A stretch of 64,000 bases of DNA, from contig NC_086097.1 of the NCBI RefSeq assembly GCF_963921235.1, forward strand, positions 234,424,001 through 234,488,000. The letters are read 5' to 3'. The notes beneath the pieces are model-generated. The model worked only from the letters and a program-made list of their open reading frames with translations, had not been told where the DNA came from and searched no databases. The stretch is from Mobula hypostoma (lineage: Eukaryota). Position numbers and translations under genes: made by a program. Below are positions 24,245 through 35,125 of the stretch, piece after piece (positions within the stretch are counted from its first letter, which is position 1; every line of letters begins with the position of its first letter).

Positions 24245-24958
24245 TCAATCCTCATAGAGGAATCAGAAGTGGAGAGAGCGAGCAATTTCAAGTTGCTGGG
24301 AGTCAATATCACTGAGGATCTAACCTAGTCCCAACATATCGATGCAGCTAAAGAAAGCAAGACAGTGGCTATATTTTATTAGGAGTTTGAGGAGATTTGG
24401 TTTGTCACCTAAAACACTCGAAAACTTATACAGATGTACTGTGGAGAGAATTCTGATAGGCTGCATCAGTGTCTGGTTTGGGGCGGGGGGGGGGGTTGCG
24501 GGTGGTGCTATTGCACAGGACCGAAAGAAGTTATGGAATACAGAATATTGTAAAATTAGTCAGCTCTCTCATGATACCAGCCTATGTGGTATCCAAAACA
24601 TCTTCAACGAGCAGTGCCTCAGAAATGCGAAGTCTGTGATTAAGGACCACCATCATCCTCTTCTCATTGTTACCATAGGAAGGAGATACAGTGCCTGAAG
24701 GCACACACTCAGTAACCAGGGGCAGCTTCTTTCACTCTGCCATCTGATTTCTAAATGGGCATTGAACCCATTAACACTACCTCACTTTTTTATTAATTCT
24801 GTTTTTGCACTACAATTTTTAATTCAACTATTTAAGAAACATAAGTTTACTGTGATTCTTTTATTATTTTTCTGTATTATCATGTATTGTATTGAACTGC
24901 TGCTGCTAAGTTAACAAATTTCACGACACATGCTGATGATATTAAACCTGATTCTGAT
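24245..24958 (+). mobile_element. Rex1/Babar LINE 3' fragment
   Basis: KKARQWLYFIRSLRRFGLSPKTLENLYRCTVERIL; tail gctgctaagttaacaaatttcacgaca...attaaacctgattctgat. Confidence 0.88.
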
Positions 24959-26439
24959 CATTTTTCATAAATACACCCAATTTCATCCAGTTACCTCCGG
25001 CCAGATTACACTTCATAAAACAGAGATGAAAGAGATTCTCTACAGAAACTGGAAATCTGGAGCAACACACCTCTGGAAAATGATGGAGCTGTTCTTTATA
25101 CAAAGACAGACCATGTATATTCTGGGACTCCTCCCTCGATACTTCCTGTTCCTACTCAGATACCTTCTGACCCATTGAGTTCCTCCAACAGCTTCCTTTT
25201 CACTCAGTGTTAATAGGTGTACAAGCATCTCATCGTCGCAATCTAAATCACTTCTGAAGGCTACTAATGAGAAATATGTGGTCTTAATCTTGAATAATAA
25301 TTTTATGAAGGCATTCATACACAAGCAATCATATTTGCTTACATAAAACGCACAGAATTGTAACCAGTGGTAATATATTCTCTTGAAGTAATTTACCAGT
25401 GCCAGAGACCCAATAGCTATTTGGATCAATATCAAAACAATATCCCATTATTGTTCTTGAAATATTTATAATTTCCATATCAAATACTAATCATTGTTGC
25501 AATAGCAATTTTCTATCAGCACCCCCATGAAGATATTTGTTTTGTTGATTAGTTCGATTTTGTTTGTTCATTCAACTCCCTCAGCACGAATAAGTCTACA
25601 GCTTCCAAATTAAGCTACTGAAACTGAGGTAATTTATAACGCCCAGATGTGCAAACATATCATCTATTTTTCTCAGATTCAGATTTATTTATTTATCACA
25701 CAAACATCGAAGTTGTTGTTGAAAGTGCTGGGGGCAGCCCACAAGTGTTGACGCTCATTGCGGCACCAACCAGACATGTCCACAATGTTCAGCAGAAACA
25801 CACAAGCAACAATAATAACAGCACAACAAAGTGCAACAAAACAAAACAACAATAATGAAGCAAGCCCCTTTCCCAGATAACTCACACACACAGATGGGCC
25901 ACCAACAGCACATAGGCTGCTGCCGGGCCTCTCACCACCAGTCCCTGGCCCCAGACTCTCAGAGTACGCACATCAAAACCAATTTGCAAGGTAGTTTTTC
26001 AAATTTAGTCCACTGTGTTTACTAAGAGGCTGATACCATGATCGCATGATGGGATGTATAGGTCTGATGTTTTTTACTGGAACAAATCGTGGGGAGGGGG
26101 GGAGAGTAAGTGTTTTGCTGCTGCTTGTGCATGGGAGGAGGGGGGCTTTGGGGTTCTAATGTTTTTTCTGTCATCCATTCCTTGGATTTTCTTTTCTCTA
26201 TTCTGTGGGTATCTGTGAAGAGTAAGGTTGCATCCTGTATAAATTCTCTGATATTAAACTGGTCGTTTGGACCACAGGACACAGGAGAGTTCGGGTGCTA
26301 CAGAATATGTAAAGGGATGTTACTGATGTTCAACAAACTAAATCTTACAATTGGATCTCAGCAGAGCAGCTGTAAGCTTGCAAGTCCAGAGGGGAGATAA
26401 GATCACTCCCTTTGGAAACTATTGGAGATGTTCTTTATA

Positions 26440-28328
26440 TAAACAGCATTCTGGCACTTATGTCAGAGTGCTGCTTCTGGATTTCAGTTTGGCATTCAAC
26501 ACTTTTTTCCCTCAGACCTTGCTGCTTATTACCAACAAAACTGAGATGGCCTACAGATGGGAGATGGAAGTGGTTGAGGCCTGGGGCCAGGAAAATAACC
26601 TTGTCCTCAATGTCAACAGGGCAACGGAGATGCTTACCAATTTTACGAGAACTCGCATCATTCACACCTCCCTTTACATGACCAGCACGGCAGTGGAGAC
26701 TGTGAGCAGTTTCAAACTCCTGGGAGTGCACTCCTCATACACCTTCTCATGCTCTCTGAACGCATCCAGACTGGATGGGGTACCTGGCCTTGTACTAAAG
26801 ACCTGTGCCTGTGCTGACCAACTGGCTGGTGTGCTCACTCATATCTTTAACCTCTCTCTTCGGCTGTGTGATACCCAACTGCATCAAGCAGTCTTCAATC
26901 ATACCAGTGCCCAGGAAGAGTACGGTGACCTGACTCAATGGCCATCACCCAGTTGCACTTACATCCAAATGATGAAGCGTTTGGAGAGGCTGGTGTTGAA
27001 ATTTATCAGCTCCTGTCTAAGAGACGACTTGGGTCTGCTGTAGTTTACTTACCAGACCAACAGGTCCACAGCAGAGGCCATCTCATCAGCTCTTCAGACA
27101 ACCCTGAAACATCTGGACAGCAAAGATGCATTCTTCGGGGTGCTCTTTATCAATTACAGATCAGCATTTAATACCACTATCCCCTGAAAACTAATCAGTA
27201 GGCTGCAAAACTTTGACCTCAATACCCCCTTGTGCAATTGGAGTCTGGATTTCCTCTATTGTAAACACCAGTCATTTTGGATTGGCAAAAACATCTCCTC
27301 CATGATCTCAAGGTGCGTCAGAGGTCAGTGTGCTTTGCCCCCTGCTCTACTCGCTCTACACCTATGACTGTGCGACTAAGCACAGCTTCAAAACCAAATT
27401 CGAGTTTGCTGGTGATAGCACTGCCAAGGGCCAAATCAAAGGTGGTGATGAATCAGTATACCGGAGGGAGGTTGAGAATTTGGCTGAGTGGTGTCATAAC
27501 ACCAACTTCTCACTCAATATCAGCAACACCAAGGAACTGCTTGTAGATTTCAGGAAAGGGAAACCAGAGGTTCATGAGCTAGTCCTTATCAGAGGATCAG
27601 AGATGGAGAGGGTGAGCAACTTTAAATTTCTGAGTGTTACTATTTCAGAGGTCCTGTGGACACACCACGTAAATGTAACTGTGAAGAAAACACAAAAATG
27701 CATCTACTTCCTTAGGAGTCTGAGGAGATTTGGCATGTCATCAAAAACTCTGACAAACCTCTATAGATGTGTGCTGGAGGCAGGCTGCATCATGACCTGG
27801 TATGGAAACACCAATTTCTTTGAATAGAAAATCCTTTAATTGTAGTGGATTTGGCCCAGTACATCACAGGTAAAGCCCTCCCAACCATTGAGCACATCCA
27901 CATGAAACACTGTCATAGGAAAGCAGCATTCATCATCAGAGATCTTCACCACCCGGGCCATGCACTCTTCTCGCTACTGTCATCAGGCAGAAGGTTCAAG
28001 TGCTTCAGGACTCATACCACCAGGTTCAGGAACAGTTACTACCCCTGAACCACCAGGCTCTTGAACAAAAGGGGATAACTACACTCATTTGTCCATCCTT
28101 TGAGATGTGCCCTCAACCAACGATTTCACTTTAAGGACTTGTTAACTTGTTGTTACATGCTCCAGTGATTAAATGCTATTTATTTATATTTGCATTTGCA
28201 CAGTTTGTTGTTTTTGGTTGATCCTGTTATAGTTACTATTCTATAGATTTACTGAGTATGCCCACAGAGAAATGAATCTCACGGTTCCAATATATTTATT
28301 CTACTAATAAAATTTACTTTGAACTTTG
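26440..28328 (+). mobile_element. Rex1/Babar LINE RT region and tail (composite of at least two fragments)
   Basis: YVRVLLLDFSLAFNT; DGVPGLVLKTCA..DQLAGVLTHIFNLSL; PLLYSLYTYDC; FAGDSTAKGQIKGGDESVYRREVENLAEWC; VSNFKFLSV. Confidence 0.9.
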
Positions 28329-28334
28329 AACGAT

Positions 28335-28825
28335 CAAGAAAGCTCAAAAATGCTTCTACTTTCTGAGGAGTCTAAAGAGAGATGGACTGTGAACATCAAT
28401 ACCCATGATCTTTTACATATGTACAGTAGAGAACATCCTAACACTGCATGGTTTGGAAAATATATTGCAGTGGATGGGAACGCTGTACAACAGGTAATCA
28501 AAACTACCAAATGCATCAGTGGCACCAGCATAACCACCATCAAGGACATATATACAGAAAAGTGCCCGAAAAAAAGCTGGCAATATCATGAAGTTTCCCA
28601 CTCACACAGTTCATGGAGTATATGTCCCACTCCCATCAGGGAGGAGGCTATGTAACATTCACAGCAGGAACACCAGATGCAGAGCAGTTTCTTTCCCCAA
28701 GCAGTAAGGCTGATCAACACCTCCACTTACTAACTTCACCATACTTTATCGTTTCCTGCAGAATTACCTTGCATACAGTCACTTTATGAACATACAATCG
28801 ATCTATGTATATAAGCAATCTTATA
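28335..28825 (+). mobile_element. Old Rex1/Babar LINE 3' fragment
   Basis: QQVIKTTKCISG...IKDIY; tcccatcagggaggagg...caccagatgcagagcagtttctttccccaagcagtaaggctgatcaac. Confidence 0.65.
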
Positions 28826-28950
28826 TCAACTGATGAAAGGTCTCAGCCCAAAACATCAACTCTTCACTCTTTTCCAAAGATGATGCCTGGCCTGCTGAGC
28901 ATTGCCTGTGTTTTTTGGATTTCCAGCATCTGCAGATTTTCTCATTTGTT
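28826..28950 (+). mobile_element. Degenerate Penelope-type hammerhead element
   Basis: CTGATGA-aaggtctcagccc-AAAAC-atc-aact, then gatgcctggcctgctgag...gatttccagcatctgcaga. Confidence 0.75.
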
Positions 28951-29629
28951 AACACTTATGTCATTCTCCTTTAGACTTCTATACTGGAAATGACATCAAA
29001 CAATCTTGAATACTTGAATAAAGAAAGACCAAATGTTCTCTGGGACAAGACTACTCTCTGTATATATTATGATCCAAAACTTGCTAACAGTGAAAGGAAT
29101 GATGGTGTATACTGTTCACCAGACAAAGCAGAAAACCCAGAGGCTCAGGCATTTTAATTGTTCAATTCTGAAATTCAGAAACACAATACTGTTTTTAATC
29201 AGAGTATCTAGTGATAAACAAAGTTAAACAATCTAACAATGATACCCTAAGAGATTCTGTGCTGCTGCGGACAGTGGGTGCCAGAGTCTCGGATCCCAGA
29301 CTGCCACATTTGAAAGCTTGCAACCATCGGTCTTCTTGATGGGCTTGTATCAATGCTCAACATGCTCTGCAGTTGTGGACTTGCTTCAGGGATCCTGCTG
29401 CTCATGTCTTTGCTTTTTTTTGTTTACTTCTTCTTCTACTCTTTGCGCAACTTGTTTGGGGCACGTTAGCGCTGAACTAACTGCATATGTGACCTGCGGT
29501 ATTGGCGCAGTGCTGAGGACTCACCTTTGGGGACTTTGTGGTTAATGTTATCTGTTTACTTTTTGTTGCTTGCATCATTTGTTCTTTTTTCTGGTGTTTG
29601 TTGGTCTTGTTGTGTAGGTTTATTCCTTA

Positions 29630-31330
29630 GGACTGGAGGAAATAGCAGAGGTACTTAACGAATACGTTATTTCAGTATTCACTATGGTAAAGGATCTTGG
29701 TGTTTGTAGTGATAAGTTTCAGCAGACTGAAAAGCCTGAGCATCTAGATATTGTGCTGGAGCTTTTGGAAAGCATCAAGTTGGAAAAGTCGCCAGGACTG
29801 GATGAGATGTACCCAGGCTACTGTGGGAGGCAGGGGAGGAGATTACTGAGCCTCTGGCGATGATCTTTGCATCATCAATGGGGATGGGAAAGGTTCCAGA
29901 GGATTGGAGGGTTGCGGATGTTGTTCCCTTATTCAAGAAAGGGAGGAGAGATAGCCCAGGAAATTATAGACCAGTGAGTCTTATTTCAGTGGTTGGTAAG
30001 TTGATGGAGAAGATCCTGAGAGGCAGGATTTATGAATATTTGGAGAGGTATAATATGATTAGGAGTAGTCAGCATGGCTTTGTCAAGGGCAGGCCATGCC
30101 TTACGAGCCTGATTGAATTTTTTGAGGATGTGACTAAGCGCATTGATGAAGGAAGAGCAGTAGATATAGTGTATATGGATTTCACCAAGGCATTTGATAA
30201 GGTTCCCCATGCAAGACTTATTGAGAAAGTAAGGATGAATGGGATCCAAGGGGACATTGCTTTGTGGATCCAGAACTGGCTTGCCCACAGAAGACAGAGA
30301 GTGGTTGTAGATGGGTCATATTTTGCATGGAGGTCGGTCACCAGTGGAGTGCCTCGGGGACTTGTTCTGGAACCCTTACTCTTCGTGATTTTCATAAATG
30401 ACCTGGATGAGGAAGTGAAGGGATGGGTTAGTAAGTTTGTTGTGGATAGTGTGGGGAGCTGTCAGAGGTTACAGCGGGACATTGATAGGATGCAAAACTG
30501 GGCTGAGAAGTGGCAGATGGAGTGTAACCCAGATAAGTGTGAAGTGGTTCATTTTAGTAGGTCAAATATGATGGCAGATTATAGTATTAATGGTAAGACT
30601 CTTGGCAGTGTGCAGGTTCAGAGGAATCTTGGGGTCTGAGTCCATAGGAAGCTCAAAGCAGCTGCGCAGGTTGACTCTGTGGTTAAGAAGGCGTACGATG
30701 TATTGGCCTTCATCAATTGTGGAACTGAATTTAGGAGCCAAGAGGTAATGTTACAGCTATTTCAGACCCTGGTCAGATTCCACTTGGAGTATTGTGCTCA
30801 GTTCTGGTTGCCTCACTACAGGAAGGATGTAGAAGCCATAGAAAGGGTGCAAAGGAGATTTACAAGGATGTTGCCTGGATTGGGGAGCATGCCTTATGAG
30901 AATAGGTTGAGTGAACTTGGCCTTTTCTCCTTGGAGCTACGGAAGATGAGAGGTGACCTGATAGAGGTGTATAAGATGTTGAGAGGCGTTGATCATGTGG
31001 ATAGTCAGAGGCTTTTTCCCAGGGCTGAAATGGTTGCCACAAGAGGATACAGGTTTAAGGTGCTGGGGAGTAGGTACAGGAGAGATGTCAGGGCTAAGTT
31101 TTTTACTCAGAGAGTGGTGAGTGTGTGGATTGGGCTGCTGGCAACGGTGGTGGAGGTGCATACGATTGGGTCTTTTAAGAGACTTTTAGATAGGTACATG
31201 GAGCTTAGTAAAATAGAGGTCTATAGACAAGCCCAGTAATTTCTAAGGCAGGAACATGTTCGACACAACTCTGTGGGCTGAAGGGCCTGTATTGTGCTGT
31301 AGGTTTTCTATGTTTCTATGCTTCTATGCT
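29630..31330 (+). mobile_element. CR1 LINE, 5'-truncated, catalytic motif deleted
   Basis: NYRPVSLISVVGKLME, DFTKAFDKVPH, SGVPRGLVLEP; WVSKF-VVDS lacks ADDTKVGG; tttctatgtttctatg tail. Confidence 0.95.
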
Positions 31331-31465
31331 TAAACAGATTCATTTGCGTTTCTTAATTTTATGGCTGCCTGCAAGAGGATCAATTTCAAGTTTGTGTATT
31401 GTATACATACTTTGATAATAATTGTACTTTGAAGTTTGAAGTTTCAGCTGCTGGTAATCCAGATT

Positions 31466-31735
31466 AATACACACAAAATGCTGGAACTCAGCAGATCAGG
31501 CAGCATCCATGGCGAGGAATATGTGTCGATGTTTTGGACAGAGACCCTTCATCAGGACCAGGTGTTCATCCAGCATTTTGTGAATGATACTAGAGACATC
31601 AGGAGTCATCAGTGTCTCAGCTCAAAATGTCAACTCTTTATTCCTTTCCATAAATGCTGCCTGATCTGCTGAGTTCCTCCAACATTTTGCATGTGTTACT
31701 CTGGATTTCTGGCCATTGTAGAATCTCTTGTGTTT
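31466..31735. mobile_element. Older head-to-head inverted pair of the Penelope-type hammerhead element
   Basis: Minus copy 31466-31560 (gtc-CTGATGA-agggtctctgtcc-AAAAC-atc-gac), then plus copy ~31610-31735 with the same tail. Confidence 0.75.
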
Positions 31736-32865
31736 ATAAAATATTCCAGCACATTACAGCTTTAATATATTGCATTTGTGAGTTACTTCATTGACAATTA
31801 AATACCTCAGGATGTCTTGAGATTAGCCAAAGCTATGAAATGCAAGTCTTTCATTTCACACAAGAATAAAATCTTGTGGACATTAGAAATCTGAAAGTAA
31901 AATAGAAAATGCTGCAAATGCTTTGGACTTCCAGCATCTGCAGAATCTCTTCCATATATCCTCATATAATTGCAGTAAGTTTTTTTTTCTGAATTCAAAT
32001 TCCCTTGTAAAAAAAGGTCATTCATATTCCTAATTACTTGCTGCATCTGTCCGATAACTTCCAGTGACTTGCATCTGGTCCCTTTGAGCATCAACATTTA
32101 CAAATCTGTCATTATTTAAAACAAATACATTGCTTCCCTGTTTTATGCACTGAACTCACAGTGATTGGCCTCATATTTTCCCACAATATATTCCATCTGC
32201 ATTGTCGTACCTACTCGTTCATTTTGTCTATTCCATTTACAATCGCCTCTATCCTCCTTCCTACTCACAATCCCATCTATTTCTGTATCAACACCAGAAG
32301 TATGACATAACTTAAAAATATTCTTCAAACTTACTGTCATAATCTACACTCTGCTGGATCTGTCTTTAATTCATGAGTGACAATGTTTTGTAATTACATT
32401 CCTGTTATTGCATCTTGCCCTTTGGGTTATCTATTGAGCAACTGGGCGTATCTTCATTGCCTAATGAGCATTCATTCACGACCACATCTCTCATGCACAC
32501 AATTAGGAGTGTCATTGTATTAGTATGTTTTGATATTTTTCTAATAAAGCCTGAAAATGGCTTACTAATGATAATAATACAATTTGAAATCCTTCAACTG
32601 ATGGTTGACAAGTGATTTTGACAGCACATTCATTCATCGCAAAATATTCAGTGTGTAATCCTATTTTGACTTAAGTGACTTGAAACATTTCTCAGTAACA
32701 AATGATGTCACTAATTAAAAATGTTTAATGAAACAAGCAAAACCTTGAATATCAATACTTGAGTCAACTTCACTTGCTCTATCACTGAAATGTTCCTACA
32801 ACCTATGGACTCTTCATCTCATGTTCTCAATACTTATTGCTTATTTATTTATTATTATTATTATT

Positions 32866-33580
32866 TATTTTTCCTCAGCTGATGCTGGTAAAACATGAGG
32901 AATGGGCATTGCCAAGCATGCTCTAGGAACTTTCATACTATTCTAGTGGTGTTTAGTATTGTGCCTTTCTGAAGATTTACAAAGATATTGCTGTACAGCC
33001 CTAATTATTTAATGTTATTGTGTAGTACCTTTGGGATGATACCAACTGTAGATATCACTATTGTGACAATGTATACCTTATTCTTGTTCCAAAGTCTTTC
33101 ATTTTCCTCCTTTAATTCACAATATTTCTGGTGTTTTTCACTTATTGATTTCTGTAAGTTGTGTGTATTGGGAATGACTATACAGTATCTATTAAGTAAG
33201 TTGTTCTTGCTTGTTTATCCTGTACTATTATTTCCAGACTGTTATTAAGAATTGTCCCAACTGTAATAACAGATCAGTCATAATATAATTTGTGGGATTC
33301 TGACTCTAAAACTAGATCAGGTTTGTATTTATAGTAAGGTATGGTTTCTTTATGAGTTTGTATTTTAAAGCAAGATTTTGGTGAATGATATTTACCACTC
33401 GATTGTGTCTGTGTAAGTAATCAGATTGAGTTAAACTGCCACAGATTCCTGTAATGTGCTGGATTGTTTCTGGTTTTTCTTGACATTTTCTACACTTATC
33501 ATCTTGCATTTGTTGGTCTTTTATTATGTATTTTTGATAATTTTTGTGTTAACTACCTGGTCCTGTATTACCACAAGGAA
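32866..33580 (-). mobile_element. R4/Dong-clade non-LTR retrotransposon 3' fragment (CCHC knuckle and restriction-like endonuclease)
   Basis: KCRKCQEKPETIQHITGICGSLTQSDYLHRHN; downstream remnants of the YD..V, PD, LID..IP and EKHQKY motifs; 3' end ctgaggaaaaataaataataataat. Confidence 0.82.
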
Positions 33581-33841
33581 TTCTTCTTTTTCTTCTTCTT
33601 CTTCTTCTTCTTCTTCTCCTCCTCCTCCTCCTCCTCCTCCTCCTCCTTCTGCTTCTTCTTCTTCTTCTTCTTCTTCTTCTTCTCCTTCTCCTTCTTCTCC
33701 TTCTCCTTCTCCTCCTCCTCCTCCTTCTTCTTCTTCTTCTCCTTCTCCTCCTTCTCCTCCTCCTCCTCCTTCTTCTTCTTCTTCTCCTTCTCCTCCTCCT
33801 CCTTCTTCTTCTTCTTCTTCTTCCTCCTCCTCCTCCTCCTT
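33581..33841. repeat. Compound (CTT)n/(CCT)n microsatellite, ~260 bp, nearly pure pyrimidine on +
   Basis: Read directly from sequence; one G interruption. Confidence 0.98.
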
Positions 33842-34318
33842 ACTGTCCCCCTTGTGTATTTGTACATTTTGTTGTCTTTTGCACAATGGTTGTTGGGTGT
33901 AGTCTTCCATTGATTCAGTTATGGTTATTGGATTTATTGAGTATCCCTGCAATAAAATGAATCTCAGGGTTGTGTATGGTGACATTTACATATACTTTGA
34001 TGATAAATTTATTTTGAACTTTGGACTAATCTCGTTTTGTTTCCTAACCTTTGAAATCGCAATAATTGTTCAAGCAATTTTATACTTATGTTACCTAATG
34101 ATAATTATATATCCCCGCTAGCTTGGTCAGGGTCTGTAGTTTTCAGAAATGTGGTCAAGAGCTGTATAAAGATGTAGATGGCTGAATTTTCTTGGCACTT
34201 AACCCATTCCATTACTGAAATGTTGGCAGAAAATCAGTAAATATCCTTTTTTTCAATTGTGAAACCTACCTTATTTTTCAAAATAGAAGAAGGAATTCCA
34301 AGGAAATTGCTGGCCCTT

Positions 34319-35125
34319 ACACTTTATTAGGTACGCCTGCTCATCTATGAAAATATCTATTCAGCCAATCATGTGGCAGAAACTCAATACATAAAAGCAT
34401 GCATACATGGTAAAGAGGTTCAGTTGTTGCTCAGACCGAACATCAGAACATGGAAGAAATGTGATCTAATTGACTTTGTCCGCGGAATGATTGTTAATGC
34501 AAGACGAGGTGACTTGAGTATCTCAGAAACTGCTGATCTCCTGGGATTTTCATGCAAAACAGTCTCTCGAGTTTACAGAGAATGATGCAAAAAACAAAAA
34601 CCATCTAGTCAGTGGCAGTTCTGTCGGTGAAACAGATCTTTCTGTAAGAGAGGTCAGAGGAGATTGGCCAGACTTGATCAAGCTGACAGGAAGGCCAGAG
34701 CAACTGAAATAAGACCATAAATACATAAGACATAAGAGCAGAAATTTGGCCATTTGGCCAATTGAGTCTGCTCCACCACTCAATTATGGCCAATCCATTT
34801 TTTCCCTCCTCAGTCCCACTCCCCTGTAACATTTGATGCCATGTCCAATCAAAAACCGATCAAGCTCTGCATTAAATACATCCAACAACCTGGGCTCCAC
34901 AGCTGCTTGTGGTAATAAGTTCCACAAACTAGCCATCCTCTGGCTAAAGAAATTTGTCTGCATCTCTGTTTTAAATGGATGCACCTCTGTTTTAAATTTA
35001 AGTGTATTAAATAACCATGCGTTACAACAGAAGTGTGCAAAAGAGCATCGCTGAATGTACAGATGTTGAACCTTGAAGTGGATGGGCTACAGCGGCAAAA
35101 GACCATAAACATATTTTCAGTGACA
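34319..35125 (+). mobile_element. Non-autonomous Tc1-like DNA transposon interrupted by CR1
   Basis: cactttattaggtacgcc terminus; KKCDLIDFVRGMIVNARRGDLSISETADLLGFSCKTVSRVYRE (Tc1 N-terminal HTH); resumes at ~35000 after the CR1. Confidence 0.85.
34722..34998 (-). mobile_element. CR1 3' end nested in the Tc1-like element
   Basis: PFKTEMQTNFFSQRMASLWNLLPQAAVE; cataagacataaga tail. Confidence 0.85.

Noticed and set aside
28974..29157. Plus-strand open frame after a tctcctttAG acceptor-like site
   Set aside because: No recognisable protein and no clear donor; on the opposite strand to the better exon
33456..33985. ORFs encoding poly-S/P, poly-F, poly-E/G and poly-K/E proteins
   Set aside because: Translations of the CTT/CCT microsatellite, which has no stops in any frame
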